Of a stretch of 64,000 bases of DNA, positions 41,601-49,074 are shown in pieces. The notes below the pieces were generated by a model. That model saw only the letters and a list, made by a program, of their open reading frames with translations, did not search any database and was not told where the DNA came from. The stretch spans positions 1 to 64,000 of IMG/VR virus record IMGVR_UViG_3300037851_000570; one strand, written 5' to 3'. This DNA comes from a virus. Both the position numbers and the translations under genes were made by a program. How positions within the stretch are numbered: the stretch's first letter is position 1; the number at the start of each line of letters is the position of its first letter.

Positions 41601-42427
41601 GCCGCCTCAATCGAGAACGTCATGCTGAGGCCAGACGAACGGACATCCTCATCCTCTTTGACGGCCTCGTCGCCGTTGGAGTCGAGGATCGAGATGACGT
41701 TCTCGAGGTCTTCTGGCAGAGGGCTGGGGGTCGGCCCAGTGTAGACGACGTCGTCGATGTAGAACCCGGCGCCGGGGGTTGGGACCGTGACTTCAGCGAC
41801 CTTGGCCATCTGCTTCTTGCGCAGCAGACTGTTGCTGAAGTCGGAGTTGAGAGCCACCTGCATGACGGCCCGGTTGATGGTCCGGGCCTCCAGGTCCTCA
41901 CCCTCCGCCATGATGAGCTGGCCCGGGTAGACGACCTGGCGAGAGGGGTCGTACTGCTCCGAAGAAGCGAGCTCTCCACCACGGCTTTCGGTCTCGGGGT
42001 AGAGCCCCAAAGTGTAGAGCGGTTCTCCGGACGAGACGCTGTCGGTAGAAAGCTTCAGGGTGCTGCCACTACCAACAGTCGGGCTCTCGAGACGAAGAAA
42101 ACCGCCGTCCCGGCGGGCGATGTCCGCCCCGATGTTCGGGTCAGCGTTGCTCAGAACATTGATCTCGTCGACCACGTCGTCGAGGTCGAGAGGGTCTACA
42201 CCTGCCGAGAACGTCACCAGCAGGCTGTAGGAGTCCACCTCAACGTAGAAGCTCTGCGCTCGGACCGCAAACCCCGAGGCCGTCTCCTTCTGGACCCCCA
42301 AGATGGTCGCGCGGTTTCGAAGAACCCGAGGAACAAGCGCCACGTCTCCCGGAGTCGAGAAGTTCGGCAGGATCGGCCAGCCGCCGATCAGTTGTGGAGC
42401 CTCAACGTAGGAGAACGGCATCGTCAT
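38624..42427 (-). CDS. tail fibre / receptor-binding protein (1267 aa)
   Basis: The N-terminal ~590 aa are paralogous to the 1518-aa protein (for example GGWPILPNFSTPGD...ATILGVQKETASGF...DGGFLRLESPTVGSGSTLKL versus GSWPILPPYSSGGT...ATILGVQRETPAGF...DNGFLRLTSPRAGASSYLRI). The composition is Gly/Ser/Thr/Asn-rich and beta-rich. Confidence 0.75.
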   Translation of the reverse strand: MTMPFSYVEAPQLIGGWPILPNFSTPGDVALVPRVLRNRATILGVQKETASGFAVRAQSFYVEVDSYSLLVTFSAGVDPLDLDDVVDEINVLSNADPNIGADIARRDGGFLRLESPTVGSGSTLKLSTDSVSSGEPLYTLGLYPETESRGGELASSEQYDPSRQVVYPGQLIMAEGEDLEARTINRAVMQVALNSDFSNSLLRKKQMAKVAEVTVPTPGAGFYIDDVVYTGPTPSPLPEDLENVISILDSNGDEAVKEDEDVRSSGLSMTFSIEAATGEQLVTCTGAFLSTDPKDDIYVLSDDAGMSGLQGHRLKILRWISNNQVAIRNVGPDGVRYPLSIAVTDGKVLSYVASMVRANQLLTGPGGSRVEQLSGSKKAGTVTRIDFNNRIICSGSGLDFTTQAIVGDKIVLAGHSGTTPYNNDGTYRVSKIVNKTTVELMTLDFGPVILNPSGVSLGTFDLRYNGDFYYKPYVELTFPVPTGTYRVLYRQQSNLNEISSDPTAFASVPLKYQQETDAHMQEVLRRIQGPSSSSYLDILYNDNRLSLEDLDYRLENEHDEGGHHTVVRANQIGVGASRFTPAGGTFLEVRLDTDWTYGLNFSQDYHTLVGKPQSRQLTFLPVGAVTPNGEQAGIHFQGPTLTSGVTPVYGRLVFYQESDSLVDPTWTTFTIAAANYSPLSCNLKLLAAGSGNVDIYGSTINLIATSTVTSGTHSFVSDANFKIAKSSGNPIFYADADDFYYYDRALNWHEWWVDSVNVFAVSEDTVYSFGTTVLGPTAASATSSLKIGHNSSGDRLSQLWLRSDDTYTDWSLCLLAPAGANAERYLASRGTGELTIKTVDAGDLVFGTSNTDRMAVRYNGQVIVGDKNFWGNDTAFQVNNTFASWSGLRLARFYSPNITNGHTHFVHIGKEDSSLNTGEIGWYHAGDGSTNNYMSLGYYGYQVLFLKADATIQVGHPNGICRNVDNSILFLSGGSSAGAGANIEIGGPSAGSSIYYDATAHTFRAQNAGNTVLTLNPGSSDTIRIGAIGGFHDGGEKNFSFNCYFNGANWIRINTGYVHQLSTTSGGSNLTFRYGTTGTAGTAVSLSEVAFYHGSLWRSLVTIEAPTLGSFKATNADYYYRYYWPMFVGGDGSTPNTGKRSFGYRWQGLDDPGLWYQPLHAPSGHVLLEVYASLYKWTASTCTWTLNTRAWNSSSNATVLATYTDTRGTGWWTSTALFTGLSVTFTAGNQYWIEVNCGDAAGTDMYMVGGLRCYFYGYDMWNDAMIS

Positions 42428-42430
42428 GGG

Positions 42431-42760
42431 CTATCCAATCGCTCCTGCGAACTCAGGAACGGCGGTTTGGATCGCAATGCAGGCAACGCGCGCCAGCTCC
42501 GGCCCGAACCTGGAATCTGGCAGAAGCGGCGAGTCGAAGACCTCACTGTACAGGGGAGCGCTGCTATCCGTGATCTCCACAGTCTTGGGCCTCAGAACCC
42601 CTTTTCGCCACTCCCCATCGACTCTGCGACCAAGCTCCATCGTGACATGAATCCTGCGAACGAGCGGATCCACCGAAAAGTTCAAGATCCTGACACGGTC
42701 GTAGGTCGTGCCGGGGTCCAAGGTTCCAGGCTCGATGGGTGTGGTCAGAATGATCTCCAT
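42431..42760 (-). CDS. small protein downstream of the fibre gene (109 aa), paralog of 38262..38615
   Basis: See 38262..38615. It shares the same position relative to its fibre gene. Confidence 0.7.
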   Translation of the reverse strand: MEIILTTPIEPGTLDPGTTYDRVRILNFSVDPLVRRIHVTMELGRRVDGEWRKGVLRPKTVEITDSSAPLYSEVFDSPLLPDSRFGPELARVACIAIQTAVPEFAGAIG

Positions 42761-42768
42761 GAGAACCT

Positions 42769-43071
42769 CTATGCCTCTTGCAGAGCTGCGACCTGGGCCT
42801 TCAGCGTCTCCACCTCTTCGTAGAGTCGCTGCATGATTTTTGTCAACACGCTGATGTAGGGCATCGGGGCAACGGTCTTCCGGTCCCAGGTTGCAACCAG
42901 GTCCGGCGCGTCCTCAGCGATGAACCCCGCGAAATCGGTCTTCCAGTTCCCCGCCGGAACGGGGTTGAACTCGGGCTTGTAGTTGTACACCGACGGGGTC
43001 AGAGACAGAAATACCGACTTGGCCTCGTCGTAATCAAGCTCCCGGATGTTCTCCTTGTGGTCTCGGCTCGA
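42769..43071 (-). other. peptidase-S74-like intramolecular chaperone auto-processing domain (C-terminal ~100 aa of the 1518-aa fibre)
   Basis: S-S-R-D-H-K-E-N-I begins at nt 43071. The Ser-to-Lys spacing of five residues matches that of endosialidase/tail-spike chaperone domains. Confidence 0.65.
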
Positions 43072-46000
43072 CGCGCTGTTGAAGTTGCCCGAGATATCCC
43101 AGTTGCCAGCAGTTGCCTGGTGCTTCATGAGATAGCGGGTTGCGCCACTCGGTGGGGTGTAGAGATGGATGTCGTACGCAACTCCTGTGGTCGCCCCGCC
43201 GTTGACATTCTGGATCTGGATACCGTAACCACGCCCATCAGAGCCTGCTGTGGCCCCAACGTTGTTGATGTTGATTCCAAAAGCGCTGCCGCTGGTGTTC
43301 CGGGCAATGATCATGCCGACGTAGAGACCAGCCGCATTCGAGTTCCCTTGGCAGTCGTAAACGTAATACCCGTAGCTGTTGGTGGAATAGGTCGAGCTGG
43401 GCCCCTTTCCAATGTAGAAGAACGCGGCGCCATAAGAGCCTGAGGTCCCAAAAACGGATTTACCCTCAAGAACCGTTGCGTAGGCCCCCATTGCCACGCC
43501 GTACGAGTTGATATCGTGGCCTTGCCAATAGATGGCTCGGTAGTTCCACCCAGCGCTGGTCGACTGGTCCGGACGAATGAATATGGCGCCGTAGGTCCCA
43601 GCACTTCCGCTTCCGCTGTATTTCGTTTTGATTTGAATTGCGTTCGCGTAGGTGAAGTCGGTAGGCCCGCCTCCTCCATTTGCATATGCGTTCAGATTGA
43701 TGTCGAGGCCTGAAAAGTTGGTGACAGTGAAATCGTATCCGCCGTCTGTCGACATCGTCGCGTTGATGCGCTGCGCGGTGATCTCGTCGAAGACAGTATT
43801 GTCGTCCATCGTTGCATGGCGATCACACTCGATGAACAGCCCAACGCATGAGCCCGTGTTCGGAGCCACGATGTTGGCGTATCCCATTTGGATATGGCCG
43901 GCGTAGACAACCGAACCCGGGAACATGACCTGCTCATTACGACTCAAAAAGAAATACGAGTTCAACGGATCCCCAGAAGTAGATCCGGGGCCAATGCACA
44001 CCGCCTCCCACTCTCCGCTGGACACCCCAGGCACCAGACAGATGTCTCCGTGCTCTCCGTTGTACGGAGAGTCGTAGGGGCCATAGTTGGTGATGAAGAG
44101 CTTGCCGTTGCCGCGGTTCGACAAGTAGGTGTTGCCGTTCGCGCCACCCTGGCGGAGCAAACGAAGGCTATAGGTCGTGTACGTACTGTTCGTAACCAGG
44201 TCGAGGTACGACAGCGCGTCGGTCGTCTGCCGGCCGCCAATGCGGAGAAGACTCTCTGATCCAGCCGTCTCGTTGGCGATACGAGCCGCGTTGTTGACGT
44301 CCAGCGTGTAGCTAGAGTTGAACGCGACATCCTTTGAGGTGAACCCAACAGCCAGACGGCCCGAGTCGGTATCGACAACAACAGGATAGAGAGAGTTTCC
44401 GGAGTCCAAGTAGAAGTTGCCACCGGACTGGATGCCGAACAGCAGCTCCTCAGCGGCCGTGGTCGACCGCAGTCGCAGCATATTGCCGTAGGTCTTGAGA
44501 ATGTTGATCGTCGAGTCGGTAGTTGAGGTCTGGTTCTGGAAAGTCGTGTTGGCACCGGCCGACAAATCGAACTCGACGTCGGTGTTGAAAGCCTCATCTT
44601 GGAACTGAAACTTCCTGGTCCCGGTGGTCGACAGAGCCAAACGCGGAACCCACGCTGCCCCGTCGAAGTACTCGAAGACGTCTCTCGTCAAAAGGCCGGT
44701 GGTTGCGTCGACCCCCATCACAAGCCGGTACCGAGGAGAACCAATTCCGTCCACCACACCACTGGTGTGCTCTGAGCCTCCTGGTCGCCACACCATAACG
44801 GCTGTGTCACGCCCGTAGAGGGCCCCCCACATGTCGGTCGTGTAGCCGTCGGCTTTCACCATCAGTGGGGCGAACTGGGCATTAGCGTCCCGACCGCTGC
44901 CACCCACCAAAAGATCACTGCCAATCCAGTTGACTGTGTCAGACCCATTCAACGCGGTTGAAAGACCCGTAAAGCTGCTCGTTGTCAGCGTCGTAGGGTC
45001 CACTGAAGCCGCTGTCCACCCCGCTCCCGTGTCGATGAAAGTGTTCTTGGATGGTCCGCTGTCGATTGGAAAGACCTGCCAGTACCACGTCGTTTCGCCG
45101 TCTTTCTTGCGGAAGAGTGCCCAAGCGCCTCCGGCCGTGTGACCTTGGTAGGTGCTCCAGCGGATCTTCACGATCCGAGTATTGGAGGTGGCGATGACTG
45201 CTGGGTATTCGTCCGAGCTTGGGCAGTAACCACCCTTCGCATCCCGCATGGCGACCCGATACCGGTATGTGCCGGACGGAAGAGTACTACCGTACGTCAC
45301 AACCGATGCCACCAACGATGTGCTCTTCCCCTCAAAAGCAAAGGTCCCTGCTGTCGGTAGTGTGACGTGGTACAACGGGTAGCTGTTTGCCACATCTCCG
45401 AAGCTCGCGTAGCCACCTCCTGACAAAGCAAACAGGTTGTCGGTGTCGGAGTAGTTCCGCAGCCTGACCTTGATGTCCGTTACAGAATCGGTGGGGCCAT
45501 TCCGAACGGTAATAGTCTCGTCGTCGAGACCCGGTTCCATGTTAATGCGGTCCGGCCGGATGACGGTGTGCCGGCCAGACTCGCTGCTGTGCTCGTTCCA
45601 GAAGAGATTGAAGATGTTCTCGAGGTTGTTGTCGCGGTCTCCGTAGAGATAGTCCGTGATGGTCGTCGCCGACGGGCCGATGATCGCCAAGATGGCCTTT
45701 TGGACGTTCTCGTCGAGCTCCTGGTTGTACCGGACTCCCGAGCCAACAAGCGCCACCGGGTCATCGGTCGCGTCACGAAGGTTGCTCATGCCCAGATAAA
45801 CGACTTTGATCGGCTGACTCGGGCCCGGGATGGCGCCGTTAGGGAATGCCTTCAGCTGAATCCAGGGGTTCTCCCAGAACTTACCGTCCGTCGTGACCTC
45901 AATGTCGCCCAGGTAGCCGCCGATATCGGGATTGAGGTAGACCGGCCCGAAGTCCTCGGAGGCTAGCTCCAGGGTCTCTTTGTCGATGATGGCCGTAACC

Positions 46001-47325
46001 CGATAGAACCCGTTGTTGCCGTACGGGTCATCGGGAGCCGCCGAAGACCACTCAACCAAGTCCCCTTCACGCACCGGATTGGCCGACAGGAAGTTGGCGC
46101 CGCTGCAGAATACCCGATTGTTCTTCTCGATCCTCGTGATTGCAATCGAGGCGTGCTTCACTCCTTTGAGGTACTCGACTCGCTGCGCTCCCACCTGTTC
46201 GGACGGCTTGTCGTAAATGCCATCGACGAGACAGCGGACCGTCAAGACTTGTTTCACCGACGCCGTGCGCGCCGTTTCGTTGATCTCGTACTTGGCCCCG
46301 GTAGTTGGGTCGACCGGGTTGACGATGACCTCGGTCGCACTGTGGTATGTAATGACCTTCAGGAGCTTGTTGTTCAGCGGTGACACTAGGTCGGTGCCCT
46401 TGATGTAGTAGTCCCCCGTCCCATGCGCAGGAAGGAACGGCCCGCTGGCACATGTCACCTTCTGGTACTTCTTGTCGGAATCCCAGGCGAAGACGTAGTT
46501 GGAGTACGCCGTGCCAGCAACCTCGATCTCATTCTCCTTCATGAGCTCATTGCCGTCGGCGTCGAGAATCGCAAACCACTTCTCCAACACCGCGGTGCCG
46601 GGGCCCGATACGTCGCCGGTGTAGACCCAGCCAGAGAGTTGGATGCCCTCAGGATCTGGAGACCGGACCGTATAGTTGACGTCGTTCTCGACCCGGACGG
46701 CCACACGCTTCTTGTCGAGCAAGAACCCAGCCCGATCGCTGTTGATGCCAAGCTGGTAGGTCATCCGGTTGAACACTTGGGACTCGAAGGGCTCGCCCTC
46801 CATCCACGACAGTTGGCCAGGGTTTGCAACCTGCCGGTCTGGGTCGATGTGCTGCGCTTGGCGGATCTGGCCGCCACGAGCTTCGGTCTTGGCAAACAGC
46901 CCGAGCTCCACTAGGACACTGGTCCCTGAGGCCGGCAGCGTCTCGATCCTCAAGTAGCTCGACGCCCCTGCCCTAGGGCTGGTGAGCCGCAAGAAGCCGT
47001 TGTCCTTAGAGGCAACGACCTCGTTCATGCAGGCCCCAGAGTTGATACGGGTCACCACCTCATCGAGGGTCCAAGGGTCTGGGTCCACAAACGAGATGGT
47101 TCGCTGCACCGGAGCGCCGCCGCCCGAGGGGTCGATCCACACATAGAAGGACTTGCCGCTGAGATTGAAGCCAGCAGGGGTTTCGCGCTGCACACCCAGG
47201 ATGGTGGCTCGGGGGTCGAGTGTTCTGGGAAGGACGTAGGGGGTGCCACCCGAGCTGTACGGAGGGAGAATGGGCCAGGAGCCCATCAGGGTGCCAACAT
47301 CTACATGTCCGAACGGTGCTGGCAT
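42769..47325 (-). CDS. tail fibre / tailspike-like protein with C-terminal intramolecular chaperone (S74-like) domain (1518 aa)
   Basis: The N-terminal ~600 aa are paralogous to the 1267-aa fibre. The C-terminus, SSRDHKENIRELDYDEAKSVFLSLTPSVYNYK...FIAEDAPDLVATWD...LYEEVETLKAQVAALQEA, matches the self-cleaving chaperone domain pattern (Ser...Lys dyad context, then a terminal coiled coil). Confidence 0.8.
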   Translation of the reverse strand: MPAPFGHVDVGTLMGSWPILPPYSSGGTPYVLPRTLDPRATILGVQRETPAGFNLSGKSFYVWIDPSGGGAPVQRTISFVDPDPWTLDEVVTRINSGACMNEVVASKDNGFLRLTSPRAGASSYLRIETLPASGTSVLVELGLFAKTEARGGQIRQAQHIDPDRQVANPGQLSWMEGEPFESQVFNRMTYQLGINSDRAGFLLDKKRVAVRVENDVNYTVRSPDPEGIQLSGWVYTGDVSGPGTAVLEKWFAILDADGNELMKENEIEVAGTAYSNYVFAWDSDKKYQKVTCASGPFLPAHGTGDYYIKGTDLVSPLNNKLLKVITYHSATEVIVNPVDPTTGAKYEINETARTASVKQVLTVRCLVDGIYDKPSEQVGAQRVEYLKGVKHASIAITRIEKNNRVFCSGANFLSANPVREGDLVEWSSAAPDDPYGNNGFYRVTAIIDKETLELASEDFGPVYLNPDIGGYLGDIEVTTDGKFWENPWIQLKAFPNGAIPGPSQPIKVVYLGMSNLRDATDDPVALVGSGVRYNQELDENVQKAILAIIGPSATTITDYLYGDRDNNLENIFNLFWNEHSSESGRHTVIRPDRINMEPGLDDETITVRNGPTDSVTDIKVRLRNYSDTDNLFALSGGGYASFGDVANSYPLYHVTLPTAGTFAFEGKSTSLVASVVTYGSTLPSGTYRYRVAMRDAKGGYCPSSDEYPAVIATSNTRIVKIRWSTYQGHTAGGAWALFRKKDGETTWYWQVFPIDSGPSKNTFIDTGAGWTAASVDPTTLTTSSFTGLSTALNGSDTVNWIGSDLLVGGSGRDANAQFAPLMVKADGYTTDMWGALYGRDTAVMVWRPGGSEHTSGVVDGIGSPRYRLVMGVDATTGLLTRDVFEYFDGAAWVPRLALSTTGTRKFQFQDEAFNTDVEFDLSAGANTTFQNQTSTTDSTINILKTYGNMLRLRSTTAAEELLFGIQSGGNFYLDSGNSLYPVVVDTDSGRLAVGFTSKDVAFNSSYTLDVNNAARIANETAGSESLLRIGGRQTTDALSYLDLVTNSTYTTYSLRLLRQGGANGNTYLSNRGNGKLFITNYGPYDSPYNGEHGDICLVPGVSSGEWEAVCIGPGSTSGDPLNSYFFLSRNEQVMFPGSVVYAGHIQMGYANIVAPNTGSCVGLFIECDRHATMDDNTVFDEITAQRINATMSTDGGYDFTVTNFSGLDINLNAYANGGGGPTDFTYANAIQIKTKYSGSGSAGTYGAIFIRPDQSTSAGWNYRAIYWQGHDINSYGVAMGAYATVLEGKSVFGTSGSYGAAFFYIGKGPSSTYSTNSYGYYVYDCQGNSNAAGLYVGMIIARNTSGSAFGININNVGATAGSDGRGYGIQIQNVNGGATTGVAYDIHLYTPPSGATRYLMKHQATAGNWDISGNFNSASSRDHKENIRELDYDEAKSVFLSLTPSVYNYKPEFNPVPAGNWKTDFAGFIAEDAPDLVATWDRKTVAPMPYISVLTKIMQRLYEEVETLKAQVAALQEA

Positions 47326-47334
47326 TCGTGACTC

Positions 47335-47928
47335 CTAGACGAACCGGAACTCCCAACGCACTTCGAGCGTGAAGTCTACCGTTTTCGAGAGCCCATCGAA
47401 AGCCTTGTAGGCGATGACGGCGTTGATGCCCCGCGTCGGATCCAGCATGGTGGCCGCTGGGGCCCCGATGGGGTCGTAGCTCACGTCATCGACCGCGCCG
47501 TTGTTGGCCGGGCTGACGTCTGCATAGAGCGCCGCTTCGGTGATGTTGACCGGGACACCTGCGATCGTGATCTCGGTGGTGCCGAACTCCTTGATGAATC
47601 GGGCTGACGTACTGGTAGGGAACTCAACCGTCTGAATCGGCCGGAGATAGTCGGTTGGAGTGGCCAGGACAGGGGTTGCGAGCTGCGCGACCGTTGAGGC
47701 TTCGAGCTGTGACCCAGTGCCAAGTCCCATCCACCGGACTCGGCGGTTGGTGTACGCGATGTCGGTGCCGCTGATGGTGCTCCACGCGATGAGTCTCGCC
47801 AGCCAGTTCTTGCCGCTGGTCGTGAAGACGTTGTGGCCTTCTCGATGAGAGCCTGGAACCAGCTTTCCGCGCTCTCGCATCAGCAGCCAGATGTTGGATT
47901 CGACCGCGATGTCGTCTCTGATTCTCAT
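47335..47928 (-). CDS. small fibre-associated beta-protein (197 aa), paralog of 47936..48697
   Basis: The ATG at 47928 (GAGGT upstream) lies after the upstream stop at 47936-47938, and the track start at 47967 overlaps it. LLMRERGKLVPGSHREGHNVFTTSGKNWLARLIAW...RVRWMGLGTGSQLE aligns with RLLARERGKIVPGSLREGHNVFTVWGRQWMAYLSAW...RVRWLQLGQGTQLE. Confidence 0.7.
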   Translation of the reverse strand: MRIRDDIAVESNIWLLMRERGKLVPGSHREGHNVFTTSGKNWLARLIAWSTISGTDIAYTNRRVRWMGLGTGSQLEASTVAQLATPVLATPTDYLRPIQTVEFPTSTSARFIKEFGTTEITIAGVPVNITEAALYADVSPANNGAVDDVSYDPIGAPAATMLDPTRGINAVIAYKAFDGLSKTVDFTLEVRWEFRFV

Positions 47929-47935
47929 GAGTACC

Positions 47936-48697
47936 TCACACAAACTTGAAGTCCCATTGGACCTCAAGCTCGAAGTCCGGAGTCTTCACCAGAGGCTCGA
48001 AGGTCTTGTACGCTACCACGGGCAGCGGGTCATCCAAACCAAACGGTCCGACCCCGCTACCAGCCAGACTCCAAGCGACACTGGGGTTGTTGGTATCGTC
48101 TCCCGTCCCGTACGCAGCCTCGAGCTCGACGCTGGTTTCGCTCAGCACTCGACGGATGGCGTAGCTCCCATCGTGGTCGGACCCCGTGATGGCGAGCCGG
48201 TACTGCTCCAGCACGACGAGCATTTGACTGACCCCGGTAACTACCGCGCGGTCGGCCTTCCAATCGATGCTACAAACACCCGCGGGGGCCGGCGCGATAG
48301 CGGCCGAGAGCCCGGCCTCCTGCAAAAGAGCAGAGCTGCCCGGAGAAGTCTCGTCCAGGCTGGCAGAAAAGCGCACGCCGAATTGAAAGGGGAACGAAAC
48401 CGAGACCAGCTTCCCGTAGTACGGAGTCGGGTCCAGTGCCAATGGGCTCACCAAGTTGAGCGCGTCCTTCTCTTCCAACTGGGTGCCCTGCCCGAGCTGT
48501 AGCCACCGAACCCGCAGATCGTGGTGCGGGGTCTCAGTCGGAACCGGGATGAGGTCCGGGTCAGCTATCGACTTCCAGGCAGAGAGGTAGGCCATCCACT
48601 GACGGCCCCATACGGTGAAGACGTTATGGCCCTCCCGCAAAGAGCCTGGCACGATCTTTCCGCGTTCCCGCGCCAGCAGCCGGAAGTTCGCCGTCAT
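47936..48697 (-). CDS. small fibre-associated beta-protein (253 aa), paralog of 47335..47928
   Basis: See above. Both end in a similar F-[ET]-L-E-V-[RQ]-W-[ED]-F-[RK]-F-V C-terminus. Confidence 0.7.
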   Translation of the reverse strand: MTANFRLLARERGKIVPGSLREGHNVFTVWGRQWMAYLSAWKSIADPDLIPVPTETPHHDLRVRWLQLGQGTQLEEKDALNLVSPLALDPTPYYGKLVSVSFPFQFGVRFSASLDETSPGSSALLQEAGLSAAIAPAPAGVCSIDWKADRAVVTGVSQMLVVLEQYRLAITGSDHDGSYAIRRVLSETSVELEAAYGTGDDTNNPSVAWSLAGSGVGPFGLDDPLPVVAYKTFEPLVKTPDFELEVQWDFKFV

Positions 48698-49074
48698 GCG
48701 CTTCTCCGCTGGACGACAAACTTGTAGTCGGCACTGTCGATCGTAAGGGTCTCGTACACGGTCAACGTTGTAGCGCCAACCGCCTCGATTGTCAGCTCTT
48801 TCCCGTCGTTTGCCTCCCCTGTTGCCTCAAGCCGCACCTTGTCACCCTTCCGGACATTCAGCTGCCGGGGGGAGGCCACGGCATCAGCTGGTCCGAGAAA
48901 CGAGTATGCCGTCCCCGAGAAGGAGCCGTGGCGATTCAAGGTGTGGGCGCCCCCGACGACCAGGTAGTTGTTGTTCAGCCCATCGCCTCGTAGGCCGATC
49001 TCAAACCACTCTGTGGGGGCGAGCTCCGAGGCGCGCTCAAAGAAAGAGCGGTGCAGGGTGTGCTCGTAGCTCAT
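48694..49074 (-). CDS. hypothetical structural protein (126 aa)
   Basis: Overlaps both neighbours by 4 nt. It contains one copy of the GD-x-h-x-h...G-x-x-h-x-h motif (RKGDKVRLEATGEANDGKELTIEAVGATTLTVYE) that recurs in the giant proteins. Confidence 0.65.
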   Translation of the reverse strand: MSYEHTLHRSFFERASELAPTEWFEIGLRGDGLNNNYLVVGGAHTLNRHGSFSGTAYSFLGPADAVASPRQLNVRKGDKVRLEATGEANDGKELTIEAVGATTLTVYETLTIDSADYKFVVQRRSA

